A stretch of 64,000 nucleotides of DNA, taken from contig JBPOGI010000007.1 of the NCBI GenBank assembly GCA_051251855.1, positions 264,984 to 328,983 of the forward strand, written 5' to 3'. The notes below the pieces were generated by a model. It saw nothing but the letters and a program-made list of their open reading frames with translations, was not told the origin of the DNA and ran no database searches. The DNA is from Roseibacillus sp. (lineage in GTDB: Bacteria; Verrucomicrobiota; Verrucomicrobiia; Verrucomicrobiales; Akkermansiaceae). Made by a program: the position numbers and the translations under genes. Shown piece by piece: positions 55,910-64,000 of this stretch (its first letter is position 1; every line of letters begins with the position of its first letter).

Positions 55910-58900
55910 GCCAAACCACTGAAAAAGCCTTTGAAACGCGTGCCGAGGAACTTCTCCTCGAGAACGGTTGGGTCAACGGCAGCAACGCCGACTGGGACAA
56001 GAAACTTGCTCTCTTCCCCTCCCGCATCACCCACTTCATTGCTCGAAGCCAACCCGAGCTCTGGGACCAGATGAAGAAGGCCCACGGCGCCGATCTGGAA
56101 CCCATGCTGATCAAGAGTTTGGTGAAAGAACTCGAGATCAAGGGAACGCTGCACATCCTCCGCCACGGTTTCAAATTCTATGGCAAGCTCTTCAAGCTGG
56201 CCTACTTCCGCCCCGCCCACAATCTCAGTTGGGACGTCCTCGAGCTCTTCAATCAGAACGAGCTCACCGTCACCCGCCAAGTCCCCTGCCATCCCGCCAC
56301 CAATGCCACTGTGGATATGCTTTTCGCGCTCAACGGGCTCCCCATCGCTACCATTGAGCTGAAGAACCCCGGCACCGGACAAACTTGGCGCAACGCCATC
56401 ACGCAATACAAGAACGACCGCGATCCCAGAACCCCTCTCTTCGAATTCAAAAAACGAGCCTTGGTTCACTTCGCCATCGACCCCGACGAAGCCTACATGA
56501 CCACAAGGCTGCGAGGCGACAGCACCTACTTCCTCCCCTTCAACCGCGGCAGCCACCCCAACGAGGTCAAATGCGGTGCCGGCAATCCCCAACACTCATC
56601 CGGCTATCGCACAGGCTACTTGTGGGAAGAAGTCTTCTCCCGGGAGAGCTTCCTCGAGATTGTGGGCAGCTTCATGTTCATCGAGAAGAAGGACGAAAAG
56701 ATCGAGGACGGAAAAGGAGGCCACAAGCGCATCACCAAGGAGACGATGATTTTCCCCCGCTATCATCAACTGCGTGCAGTGCGCCGTCTGGTGCGCGCCA
56801 CTCAAACCGAGCAAACGGGTTACCGCTATCTCATCCAACATTCTGCCGGCAGCGGAAAGACGAACAGCATCAGTTGGCTCTCCCACCGCTTGGCCAGCCT
56901 TCATTCCACCGAGGACAAAAAAATCTTCGACTGCGTGATCGTGATCACGGACCGCAAGGTCCTCGACCGTCAACTGCAAGATGCCATCTTCCAAATTGAG
57001 CACCAACAAGGAGTAGTCGCCACCATCGACCAAAACTCGAAACAACTCGCGGAAGCTCTTATCGACGGCACCAAAATCGTCGTCACTACCCTCCAAAAAT
57101 TCCCCTTCATCCTCAAAGGACTTCTCACCGCCGCAGGAGCAGAGAACGCTGACAAAGCAAACGAAGAACAACAAGAGGAAGCCAAGGAATGGGCTCAACA
57201 AATCGCTTCCCGAAAGTATGCCGTCATCATTGATGAAGCGCATTCCAGCCAAACCGGGGAAGCCGCTCGGGAAATGAAGGCCATTCTCGGTGAATCCGAG
57301 GAAGATGAGGAAGAAGACTGGGAAGAGCGCTTGGCCCGGGTGCTGCAATCGCGTGAACACAAGCCCAACCTCAGCTTCTACGCCTTCACCGCTACCCCCA
57401 AAGGCAAGACCTTGGAAACCTTTGGACGCAAAGAAACTTCTGAAACCGCTCCTGAAGCCTTCGATGTCTACAGCATGCGCCAAGCCATCGAAGAAGGATT
57501 TATCCTCGACGTTCTCACCAACTACACCACTTACGCGACCTACTACCGCTTCGTCAAAAAATCGGAAGACGATCCCAACGTGCCCAAAAAGAAAGCAAAG
57601 AAGGCTCTCGCAAAGTTTCTCTCCCTCCACCCCTACAACATCGGCCAACGGACCGAAATCATGGTGGAGCACTTTCGCAACAAAGTGATGACCAAGCTCA
57701 ATCATCGCGCCAAGGCAATGGTGGTCACCCAATCCCGCGAGCACGCGGTCCGGTATAAGCTCGCCTTTGAAGACTACATAAAGACCCAAGGCTATGACGA
57801 CATCCGGCCTTTGGTTGCCTTCAGCGGCACGGTCAAACACGAGGACTTCCCCAATGAAGGTTACACCGAACCGTCCATGAATACGGATGTGGTGACGAGT
57901 GAACCGATCGGGGAAGGGAAACTCCCCGCCCGCTTCAATTCTCCCGATTACCAAGTCCTTCTCGTCGCCAACAAGTACCAAACCGGATTCGACCAACCCT
58001 TGCTGTGCGCGATGTATGTCGACAAGCGACTCGATGGCGTTCAAGCGGTGCAAACTCTCTCGCGCCTCAATCGAAAAATCCCCGGCAAGGAGGAACCCTT
58101 CGTTCTCGACTTTGCTAACCAGCGCGCAGACATCGAGAAAGCCTTCAAGCCCTACTACGATACCACTTTACTCGAAGAGGAGTCCGACCCCTCTCAACTG
58201 GAGGTACTGAAGCATGAACTCGATGCCTTTCAGATTTACCACGAGAGCGAAATCGAAGCCTACGCCCGCATTTTTTACCGCCCTGTTGAGAAACAAACGG
58301 CAGCAGACCATCAGCGCATGGAAAAGCACATTCAGCCTGCGGTGGATCGGTTCAACAATCTCGAAGAGGAAAAGGAGCAAGACACCTTTCGTAAAAAGCT
58401 CAAAGGCTACGTCTCGGTCTATGGCTTCTTGAGCCAAATTCTTCCCTACACCGACCCTGACCTCGAAAAGCTCTTCTCTTTTGGAAAATTTCTTCACCCA
58501 CATCTTCCCAAAGACCGGGCCAAGAGCGTCCATCTCGACAACAGAATTCAACTCGAATACTACCGCATCCAGACCACAGGAACTGGCAACATCGTGGTTG
58601 CGGAAGGCGAACCGAAAGGAGTCAAAAGCCCAACCGATGTGGGCACTGGGAAGGAAAAGGAAGAAGAGGCTCCCCTCTCTGAGATCATCGCGGTCCTCAA
58701 CGATGCTTGCGGGACCGAATTTGGAGAAGAAGACCGTCTCTTTTTCGAGCAGATTAAGGAAAAAGCGATCAACGACCCAAAGGTCGTCGATACCGCCAAA
58801 TCAAATCCCCTCGACAAATTCGAACTGGGCGTGAAGAAGCTCATCGAAGACCTCATGATCCAACGACTAGGCGAAAACGACGATATCGTGACCCGCTATA

Positions 58901-58986
58901 TGGAAGATCCCAAGTTCCAAGGAAAAGCCCTTCCTATCCTAGCGAAGGAAATCTTTAAGGAAGTGAACAAAAAAGAAGCTGAATAG
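55906..58986 (+). CDS. hsdR: Type I R-M restriction subunit
   Basis: VDMLFALNGLPIATIELKN (PD-ExK), QHSAGSGKT, DEAH, FTATP, YQTGFDQP, VQTLSRLNR. Confidence 0.96.
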   Translation: MSQTTEKAFETRAEELLLENGWVNGSNADWDKKLALFPSRITHFIARSQPELWDQMKKAHGADLEPMLIKSLVKELEIKGTLHILRHGFKFYGKLFKLAYFRPAHNLSWDVLELFNQNELTVTRQVPCHPATNATVDMLFALNGLPIATIELKNPGTGQTWRNAITQYKNDRDPRTPLFEFKKRALVHFAIDPDEAYMTTRLRGDSTYFLPFNRGSHPNEVKCGAGNPQHSSGYRTGYLWEEVFSRESFLEIVGSFMFIEKKDEKIEDGKGGHKRITKETMIFPRYHQLRAVRRLVRATQTEQTGYRYLIQHSAGSGKTNSISWLSHRLASLHSTEDKKIFDCVIVITDRKVLDRQLQDAIFQIEHQQGVVATIDQNSKQLAEALIDGTKIVVTTLQKFPFILKGLLTAAGAENADKANEEQQEEAKEWAQQIASRKYAVIIDEAHSSQTGEAAREMKAILGESEEDEEEDWEERLARVLQSREHKPNLSFYAFTATPKGKTLETFGRKETSETAPEAFDVYSMRQAIEEGFILDVLTNYTTYATYYRFVKKSEDDPNVPKKKAKKALAKFLSLHPYNIGQRTEIMVEHFRNKVMTKLNHRAKAMVVTQSREHAVRYKLAFEDYIKTQGYDDIRPLVAFSGTVKHEDFPNEGYTEPSMNTDVVTSEPIGEGKLPARFNSPDYQVLLVANKYQTGFDQPLLCAMYVDKRLDGVQAVQTLSRLNRKIPGKEEPFVLDFANQRADIEKAFKPYYDTTLLEEESDPSQLEVLKHELDAFQIYHESEIEAYARIFYRPVEKQTAADHQRMEKHIQPAVDRFNNLEEEKEQDTFRKKLKGYVSVYGFLSQILPYTDPDLEKLFSFGKFLHPHLPKDRAKSVHLDNRIQLEYYRIQTTGTGNIVVAEGEPKGVKSPTDVGTGKEKEEEAPLSEIIAVLNDACGTEFGEEDRLFFEQIKEKAINDPKVVDTAKSNPLDKFELGVKKLIEDLMIQRLGENDDIVTRYMEDPKFQGKALPILAKEIFKEVNKKEAE

Positions 58987-59035
58987 TTTCTCTAGCAGAA
59001 AATTTGAACTCCTATTCGAAAAATCGATAGCCGCC

Positions 59036-59968
59036 ATGAAAACTCTCCTCACATTCTTCTCCCTGCTCCTCGCCCTCCTCTCCCCCGCCCAAGACAAAGC
59101 CAAGCTCGACCAAATCCTCGCCGAGTTTAATCGCGAATCGGGTATCGTCTACAAAACAGTCGACGCCCGAAACCTCAAGCTCACCCTCTTCCTCCCCACA
59201 AAGCAAAGCACCGAAAAACGTCCTCTCCTCATCCACACGCATGGCGGCGGTTGGAGTGGTGGCGACGTTAATAAAATCGTGCGGCCTGCCTTCCTCGGCA
59301 CCCTACGCCAACTCCTCGACTCCGGCGTCGTCTGCGCCTCCATCCAATACCGCCTCGCCAAAGGAGAAACCACAGTCGACCATTGCGTGGAGGACTGCAA
59401 GGACGCCGCGCGCTTTCTAGTCAAAAACGCCGAGCAATGGAACCTCGACCCAGACCGCATCGGGGCCTGGGGCGGCTCCGCCGGAGGTCACCTCTCCCTC
59501 ATGACCGCCCTCGCCGACAACTCTCTCTCCCCCGGCAGTGATGACCTCAAAGACATCAACCCCACCTTCCAATGCGTCGTCTCCTACTACCCGCTCACCT
59601 CCTTCGAGCGTACCGACCTCTTCGAAGGCAGTCACTTCGGTGACCTCAAGCACTTCCAAAAAATCCTCGGCGATTTGCCAGCCAACATCCCCGAGCGCGC
59701 CCAACTCCTCAGCCCCGTCACTCACCTCACCGCTGACACTCCTCCCATTCTCCTCATCCACGGCGACAAAGACGACATCCTCCCCATCAACCAGTCCGAG
59801 CTTTTTCTCAAAGAGTCTCAACAATTCACCGACCAAGTAACTCTTCTCACGGTCAAAGGTGCCCGCCACAGCCTTGGTGGTAAGAAGATCTCACCGAGCC
59901 TTGAGGAGGTCAACAAGGCAGCCGCAACCTTCATCCTCCAACATCTCTCTCCTCCTCTTTCAAAATAG
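59036..59968 (+). CDS. Exported alpha/beta hydrolase (HSL/BD-FAE-like esterase)
   Basis: Signal peptide, HGGGW, GGSAGG, HGDKD, ARH. Confidence 0.9.
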   Translation: MKTLLTFFSLLLALLSPAQDKAKLDQILAEFNRESGIVYKTVDARNLKLTLFLPTKQSTEKRPLLIHTHGGGWSGGDVNKIVRPAFLGTLRQLLDSGVVCASIQYRLAKGETTVDHCVEDCKDAARFLVKNAEQWNLDPDRIGAWGGSAGGHLSLMTALADNSLSPGSDDLKDINPTFQCVVSYYPLTSFERTDLFEGSHFGDLKHFQKILGDLPANIPERAQLLSPVTHLTADTPPILLIHGDKDDILPINQSELFLKESQQFTDQVTLLTVKGARHSLGGKKISPSLEEVNKAAATFILQHLSPPLSK

Positions 59969-60041
59969 CTCAAAAATCGACGATGCGTCCCCGCCTCATT
60001 TTTTGCTCGCACCCGGAAGCAGCAGCAGGTTGGGTCTAGAG

Positions 60042-60665
60042 ATGGAACCTCTTTTGATCGTCTCGCTCATCTTGGCACTTGTCGGCTGTGCCGCATTGTT
60101 CTGGTTTGTTTTGAAACTCTCTTCGGAGAAAATCGCCAAGCAGTATCGCATGCTCTCGACAAGATTTGGGCTGGAGCTTGAGGAGCTCCCACCGCAGATG
60201 GGCGGCTTTGTCAGACCAGAACCATCTGCTTACGGGATGTACCGTGAACGCGAAATCTCCTTCTCGGCTCCAGGGAAAGGCCTCAAAGGCTCCCGTCAGA
60301 CCGAGAGCGTGCTGAAAGTAGAGCTCAAGAACCAGACGCTTCAGGGGCAGATCTCAGTCAGTGGCTTGCTTGGTCTGGGGCAACGAGATCATGGTGGCCA
60401 AGCCCGTTGGCAAAGTGGAGATGAGGCCTTTGATGCGGCGGTAGATCTTAGAACCGATCATGGAGATAGCTTTGCCAAGATACTGACCAAGGAGCGGCAA
60501 CAACAGTTGGCAACGATTCTTAAGGCTTCGAAGGCCACTCTCTACATCGCAAAAGGAACGATGGCTTATGTGAAAGTAGGTCTCATCGCTAACGATGCAA
60601 CGCGACAGGACTTTGAAGAAGTGGTCGATTTTCTGTGTGATTTTGCAGATGCTGCGGAAAACTGA
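60042..60665 (+). CDS. Hypothetical membrane-anchored protein
   Basis: ATG 60042, N-terminal TM helix, then a globular alpha/beta domain. Confidence 0.7.
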   Translation: MEPLLIVSLILALVGCAALFWFVLKLSSEKIAKQYRMLSTRFGLELEELPPQMGGFVRPEPSAYGMYREREISFSAPGKGLKGSRQTESVLKVELKNQTLQGQISVSGLLGLGQRDHGGQARWQSGDEAFDAAVDLRTDHGDSFAKILTKERQQQLATILKASKATLYIAKGTMAYVKVGLIANDATRQDFEEVVDFLCDFADAAEN

Positions 60666-60673
60666 CCCTCCTA

Positions 60674-61615
60674 TCATTCGCTCTCTCCGAAGACGAACGC
60701 TGCATGCGCGAGCGCTTCTGCCGGGCTCTGGTAGCGAAAATCGGGATAGAGAACGGAAGCGTTGAGCGTCTCAGGATCATCGATGTTAGTGACCTCTCCT
60801 GAAATGTAACAGACGTAGTTGATTTGACCCCGCTCGCGATCGGTTTCGAGGCCGGCCTTGGAGGTAATCTCGTCCGAACCGTTCTCCATCATGGACAAAA
60901 TCTCGTCAGTCGAAATGTGCTTCCTTACAAAAGAATGATCGGGCCAGCTCCTTTCAAGCAGCGAAATCATCTCCCGCTGGGTGAGGCGATTTTCGTAGAG
61001 CTGCACCGCCTTGCCCACAGTTCGCTCGTCCAGAATCACTTTGGCCGCAATACTGCCAATGTCGTCAATATGGTGGGTGGTGAGCGGAAGCTCAAGATCG
61101 CCAAAAGTGGTGACCTCGTGGAAGAATCTCAGATTCGGCAAACAGTAGTCGAAGTTAAGGCCCGGATAAATCAGGGTCTTGGCCAAGCCCGCGGCATCAA
61201 TTCGCTCGTGCATCTCCTTCTTCGCGTCAAACAAATCACCACGCCCCATGGGCATGCCCAAAGTATGAGCCCCAAACTCATTGGGCACAAACCTGCGCAC
61301 GCCAGCTTTCGTTGCGGCTTGTAGATAGAGGGGATCTTGTTGGCGTAAGCTATCCGGGGTCGCACGCGTAACCATCACGACGGTGTCACAACCTTCCAGC
61401 AATGCAGTGAGAGCATCCTCGTCCTTGGGGTCAGAACAAAACCCAAGCTGACATCCACCCGCTTCCAAAGCGGCGAGTTGTTCTGCGTTCTTGGCGGACC
61501 GATTTCGGGACACCGCCAGCACCGGGGCCCCAGAGGCGGCGAGCTGAAGGCAAAGCGGATGACCGAACTGTCCTGTTCCCCCGATTACTGCTATCGTTCC
61601 TGTAGTATTCTTCAT
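60674..61615 (-). CDS. NmrA/isoflavone reductase-like NAD(P)-dependent oxidoreductase
   Basis: IAVIGGTGQFG, AGVRRFVPNEFG, FDAKK, DDIG. Confidence 0.88.
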   Translation of the reverse strand: MKNTTGTIAVIGGTGQFGHPLCLQLAASGAPVLAVSRNRSAKNAEQLAALEAGGCQLGFCSDPKDEDALTALLEGCDTVVMVTRATPDSLRQQDPLYLQAATKAGVRRFVPNEFGAHTLGMPMGRGDLFDAKKEMHERIDAAGLAKTLIYPGLNFDYCLPNLRFFHEVTTFGDLELPLTTHHIDDIGSIAAKVILDERTVGKAVQLYENRLTQREMISLLERSWPDHSFVRKHISTDEILSMMENGSDEITSKAGLETDRERGQINYVCYISGEVTNIDDPETLNASVLYPDFRYQSPAEALAHAAFVFGESE

Positions 61616-61640
61616 GCTGTTTGATCCTCGGTGGAAGTGA

Positions 61641-61790
61641 CTAAAAATGTTCCGTTCTTGTGCAGCATCTCGTCAGTAGGCGGAACGGTTTACACCACAT
61701 CCCATCCCAATGCTCCACAGACTTGCCATCGTGAACGCGCAGGATACCCACAACCGCTGACACTCCTGGGGAAGAAGTCATTTTGAGGAA
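61641..61790 (-). pseudogene. Probable remnant of a SnoaL-like/NTF2 gene
   Basis: AVVGILRVHDGKSVEHWD resembles the DIFRxxDGKIVEHWD signature. The 5' part is missing. Confidence 0.55.
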
Positions 61791-61821
61791 AGGATTGTGA
61801 AAGGAAGGAAGAGAGCCATTT

Positions 61822-63138
61822 TTATTTTCTACGAGGATTCTGTAAGGGACGCCCACTGACTTTGGGATAGATCAGTTCAAAGAGGTAGGCCACAAGCAAC
61901 AAGCTTCCGAAGATGGCAAGTGCTTTGGCATCCGTCCTAGCAGTATGCACCAAAAGGGCGCCCAAGGCCGAGAGACAAGCCAGAAAGCCCATGCCCGCAA
62001 TCCCCTTGTTGGCACCAATTTTCCTGGAAAGCCGGAGAGCCGAAGCGCAAACCATTGCGAAAATCAAGAGAAAGCCCGCGCTGCCCAGAATCGCAATCGC
62101 ATTCAAGTCCACAGTGTTGGCGATCACCAAAGACAAGGCAGCCGTCACCATCACCCCCATCATCGGCCCCCCTCGAGATTTATGATCAAGAGCCTTCGGC
62201 AACTCCCCATCCAAGGCCAAACTATAGCCAAGCCGAGCATTGCCGTAAATGGTGGCATTGATGGCCGAAAAAGTCGCCAATAGAGCCGAAACAGACACCA
62301 GAATAAAGCCGGCGTGCCCGAGCGAAGGTCGCGCTGCAGCAGCGAGAGCATAGTCTTGCTCCTTCGCAATCACCTCCGCCGAGACGCCCCCCACTGTGAC
62401 GACCGCCACCAGAATATAGAGAACAATGACGAAAGCCACGCACCCGTAGAAGGCGCGCGGAAGATTCTTGCGTGGATCCCGAACGTCACCCGCTGCATTC
62501 GCAATGAGCTCAAAACCCTCGTAGGCAACAAAGATGACCATTCCCGCAACCACCATGGTCCCGAACCCAGCCCATTGGGAAGGCTCTAACCGCTGGGTAT
62601 CGACTTGGAACAAACCGCCCCCCACCACAACGCCTAACAGAATCAATTTTCCGATCACGATGTAGGTCTCCGACTTACTTACCAAAGACGCATTCACCAA
62701 GTTGATCGCCGTCGGTAGTAGAATTCCCGCACTAATCAGGCCATGATGCAGCCATGGAGAATCGCCCTTAAAAAAAGTCCCCCCATACGAGGCAAAAGCG
62801 GAAGCATAGAGCGCAATGGTCACTAGGTAACTCAGCCACAAAGTCAGATTGAGTCCGCCTGTGAAGAGGTTCGCTCCAAACGCCTCATCCAGAAAAACCG
62901 CTGTTCCGCCCGCCTCGGGGAACGCGCAGGAAAGTTTCACGTAGGCGTAACAAGTAAGCATCGCGACCACCCCCGCAATTGCAAAAGCAATCGGAGTCGC
63001 CCCATCAGCCAGCGAAACCGCCGTGCCTAGAACCGCAAAAATCCCTCCGCCTACCATTCCGCCAATCCCAATCAAAGCCGCCGAAATTGGCCCAATCCCA
63101 TCTTTCTTAGGCCTGTGTTTCGAAAGGGTCACATTCAT
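61822..63138 (-). CDS. APC family amino-acid permease
   Basis: IGGMVGGGIF, FVAYEGFE, DPRKNLPRA, ~12 TM helices. ATG 63138. Confidence 0.92.
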   Translation of the reverse strand: MNVTLSKHRPKKDGIGPISAALIGIGGMVGGGIFAVLGTAVSLADGATPIAFAIAGVVAMLTCYAYVKLSCAFPEAGGTAVFLDEAFGANLFTGGLNLTLWLSYLVTIALYASAFASYGGTFFKGDSPWLHHGLISAGILLPTAINLVNASLVSKSETYIVIGKLILLGVVVGGGLFQVDTQRLEPSQWAGFGTMVVAGMVIFVAYEGFELIANAAGDVRDPRKNLPRAFYGCVAFVIVLYILVAVVTVGGVSAEVIAKEQDYALAAAARPSLGHAGFILVSVSALLATFSAINATIYGNARLGYSLALDGELPKALDHKSRGGPMMGVMVTAALSLVIANTVDLNAIAILGSAGFLLIFAMVCASALRLSRKIGANKGIAGMGFLACLSALGALLVHTARTDAKALAIFGSLLLVAYLFELIYPKVSGRPLQNPRRK

Positions 63139-63298
63139 ACCCCTATCAACTAGCGATCCGTTCCAGCAATAACAAGGCAGGAGCGCCTGAACGCCCGCTT
63201 TGCCTTCGTCATTGTTCAGCGCTCCCCGCCGCTCTGCACTTGCAGAGCGACTGAGAGGCCTCATTTCTCAGAACATCTCTCGCCAACAGAAATCAATC

Positions 63299-64000
63299 TC
63301 AATCGATGGGATAAGGGGCAACATAAACACGGCCAAATTCCTCACTATTTCCAGCAGGTAAGGGCAGAACCACTTCAATACCAGTCCCCAAGAAAGAAAG
63401 ATTCTCGAAAGTCCAGTTGTCTAGGTCCGGCGAAAGCTCGAGTCGATAGTAGCGCGCAGCAGAGGTGTCGAAAAAGATTTCTCTCCCTCCCACTCCATCG
63501 GGACGAATATCGATACAGAATACTGAACTCGGGTCGCCTGGATTCGTATCTGCGAAATACTCATCTAGATTGCTCATTCCGTCTCCATCGAAGTCCAAAA
63601 CAGCATCTCCCGGATTACCGGCATCCAAGAAAGGATAGAGTTTCTCCCAGATATCAGGCATTTCATCGCCGTCGGAGTCTTCCACGGGAATCAAGGCTAA
63701 TCCACTTTGCTGATCCACATCAAATCCGTCCCCGTTACCGCCGTCGAATAGAACTTGGATATTCTGGTTGGTTAAGGTTGTTCCCAAACGAGATTCAACA
63801 TCATGACCATCGCCATTTCCGCCATCGAAAAGAACATCGATATTTTCGTTCGTAATGGTTGTTCCCAAACGAGTTTCGACATCATGACCATCTCCATTTC
63901 CGCCATCGAAAAGAACATCGATGTTTTCGTTCGTAATGGTTGTTCCCAAACGAGTTTCGACATCATGACCATCTCCATTTCCGCCATCGAAAAGAACATC
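63299..64000 (-). CDS. 3' end of a large secreted repeat protein (runs off window end)
   Basis: Frame is open to 64000. 27-aa repeats, then DSDGDEMPDIWE...DFDGDGMSNLDEY and a C-terminal beta-domain ending FGRV. Confidence 0.85.
   Translation of the reverse strand, partial: DVLFDGGNGDGHDVETRLGTTITNENIDVLFDGGNGDGHDVETRLGTTITNENIDVLFDGGNGDGHDVESRLGTTLTNQNIQVLFDGGNGDGFDVDQQSGLALIPVEDSDGDEMPDIWEKLYPFLDAGNPGDAVLDFDGDGMSNLDEYFADTNPGDPSSVFCIDIRPDGVGGREIFFDTSAARYYRLELSPDLDNWTFENLSFLGTGIEVVLPLPAGNSEEFGRVYVAPYPID
63720..64000 (-). repeat. 81-bp coding tandem repeat (about 3.5 copies visible)
   Basis: Unit LGTTITNENIDVLFDGGNGDGHDVETR, near-identical at DNA level. Confidence 0.92.

Noticed and set aside
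6227..59968. Sulfatases, GH2, GH95 and esterase as one polysaccharide-utilisation locus
   Set aside because: They are scattered among housekeeping genes over more than 50 kb, with no shared transporter or regulator visible.
63720..64000. 81-bp periodicity as CRISPR
   Set aside because: The entire unit repeats in frame within a CDS, with no variable spacers.

Overview
The window looks like chromosomal DNA of a verrucomicrobium. This is inferred from the PEP-CTERM proteins, formylglycine-type sulfatases, DUF1800/DUF1501 pair, planctomycete-type cytochrome c and TGTTC-N4-GAACA-like boxes upstream of lexA. It holds about 50 CDSs. Housekeeping genes include a DEAD-box helicase 5' end, ppdK, panB, lexA, phoH, fabF, exbB/exbD, hsp20, khpA, pfkA, pgsA-like and dacB. 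Glycan-degrading enzymes include 2 sulfatases, GH2, GH95 and an esterase. A surface-protein island spans 13.8-23.6 kb, and a type I restriction-modification locus spans 49.9-59.0 kb. The best leads are: (1) an uncharacterised P-loop ATPase-wHTH gene with its own operator-like repeats, inserted between hsdS and hsdR and coupled to hsdR; (2) tandem NDH-2 paralogues differing at the NADH/NADPH-determining residue (Q202 vs E202); (3) a 58-aa minimal PEP-CTERM gene missed by the ORF track; (4) an unnamed beta-domain shared by a PEP-CTERM protein and the neighbouring DUF1800 protein; (5) an S11 penicillin-binding protein with all three catalytic motifs degenerate; (6) an RRM protein with an RGG/N-rich disordered region behind a ~330-nt structured leader. 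There are also several pseudogene remnants and REP/REPIN-like repeats. No rRNA, tRNA, CRISPR array or intact transposase was recognised. All calls come from reading motifs by eye; no searches were run.
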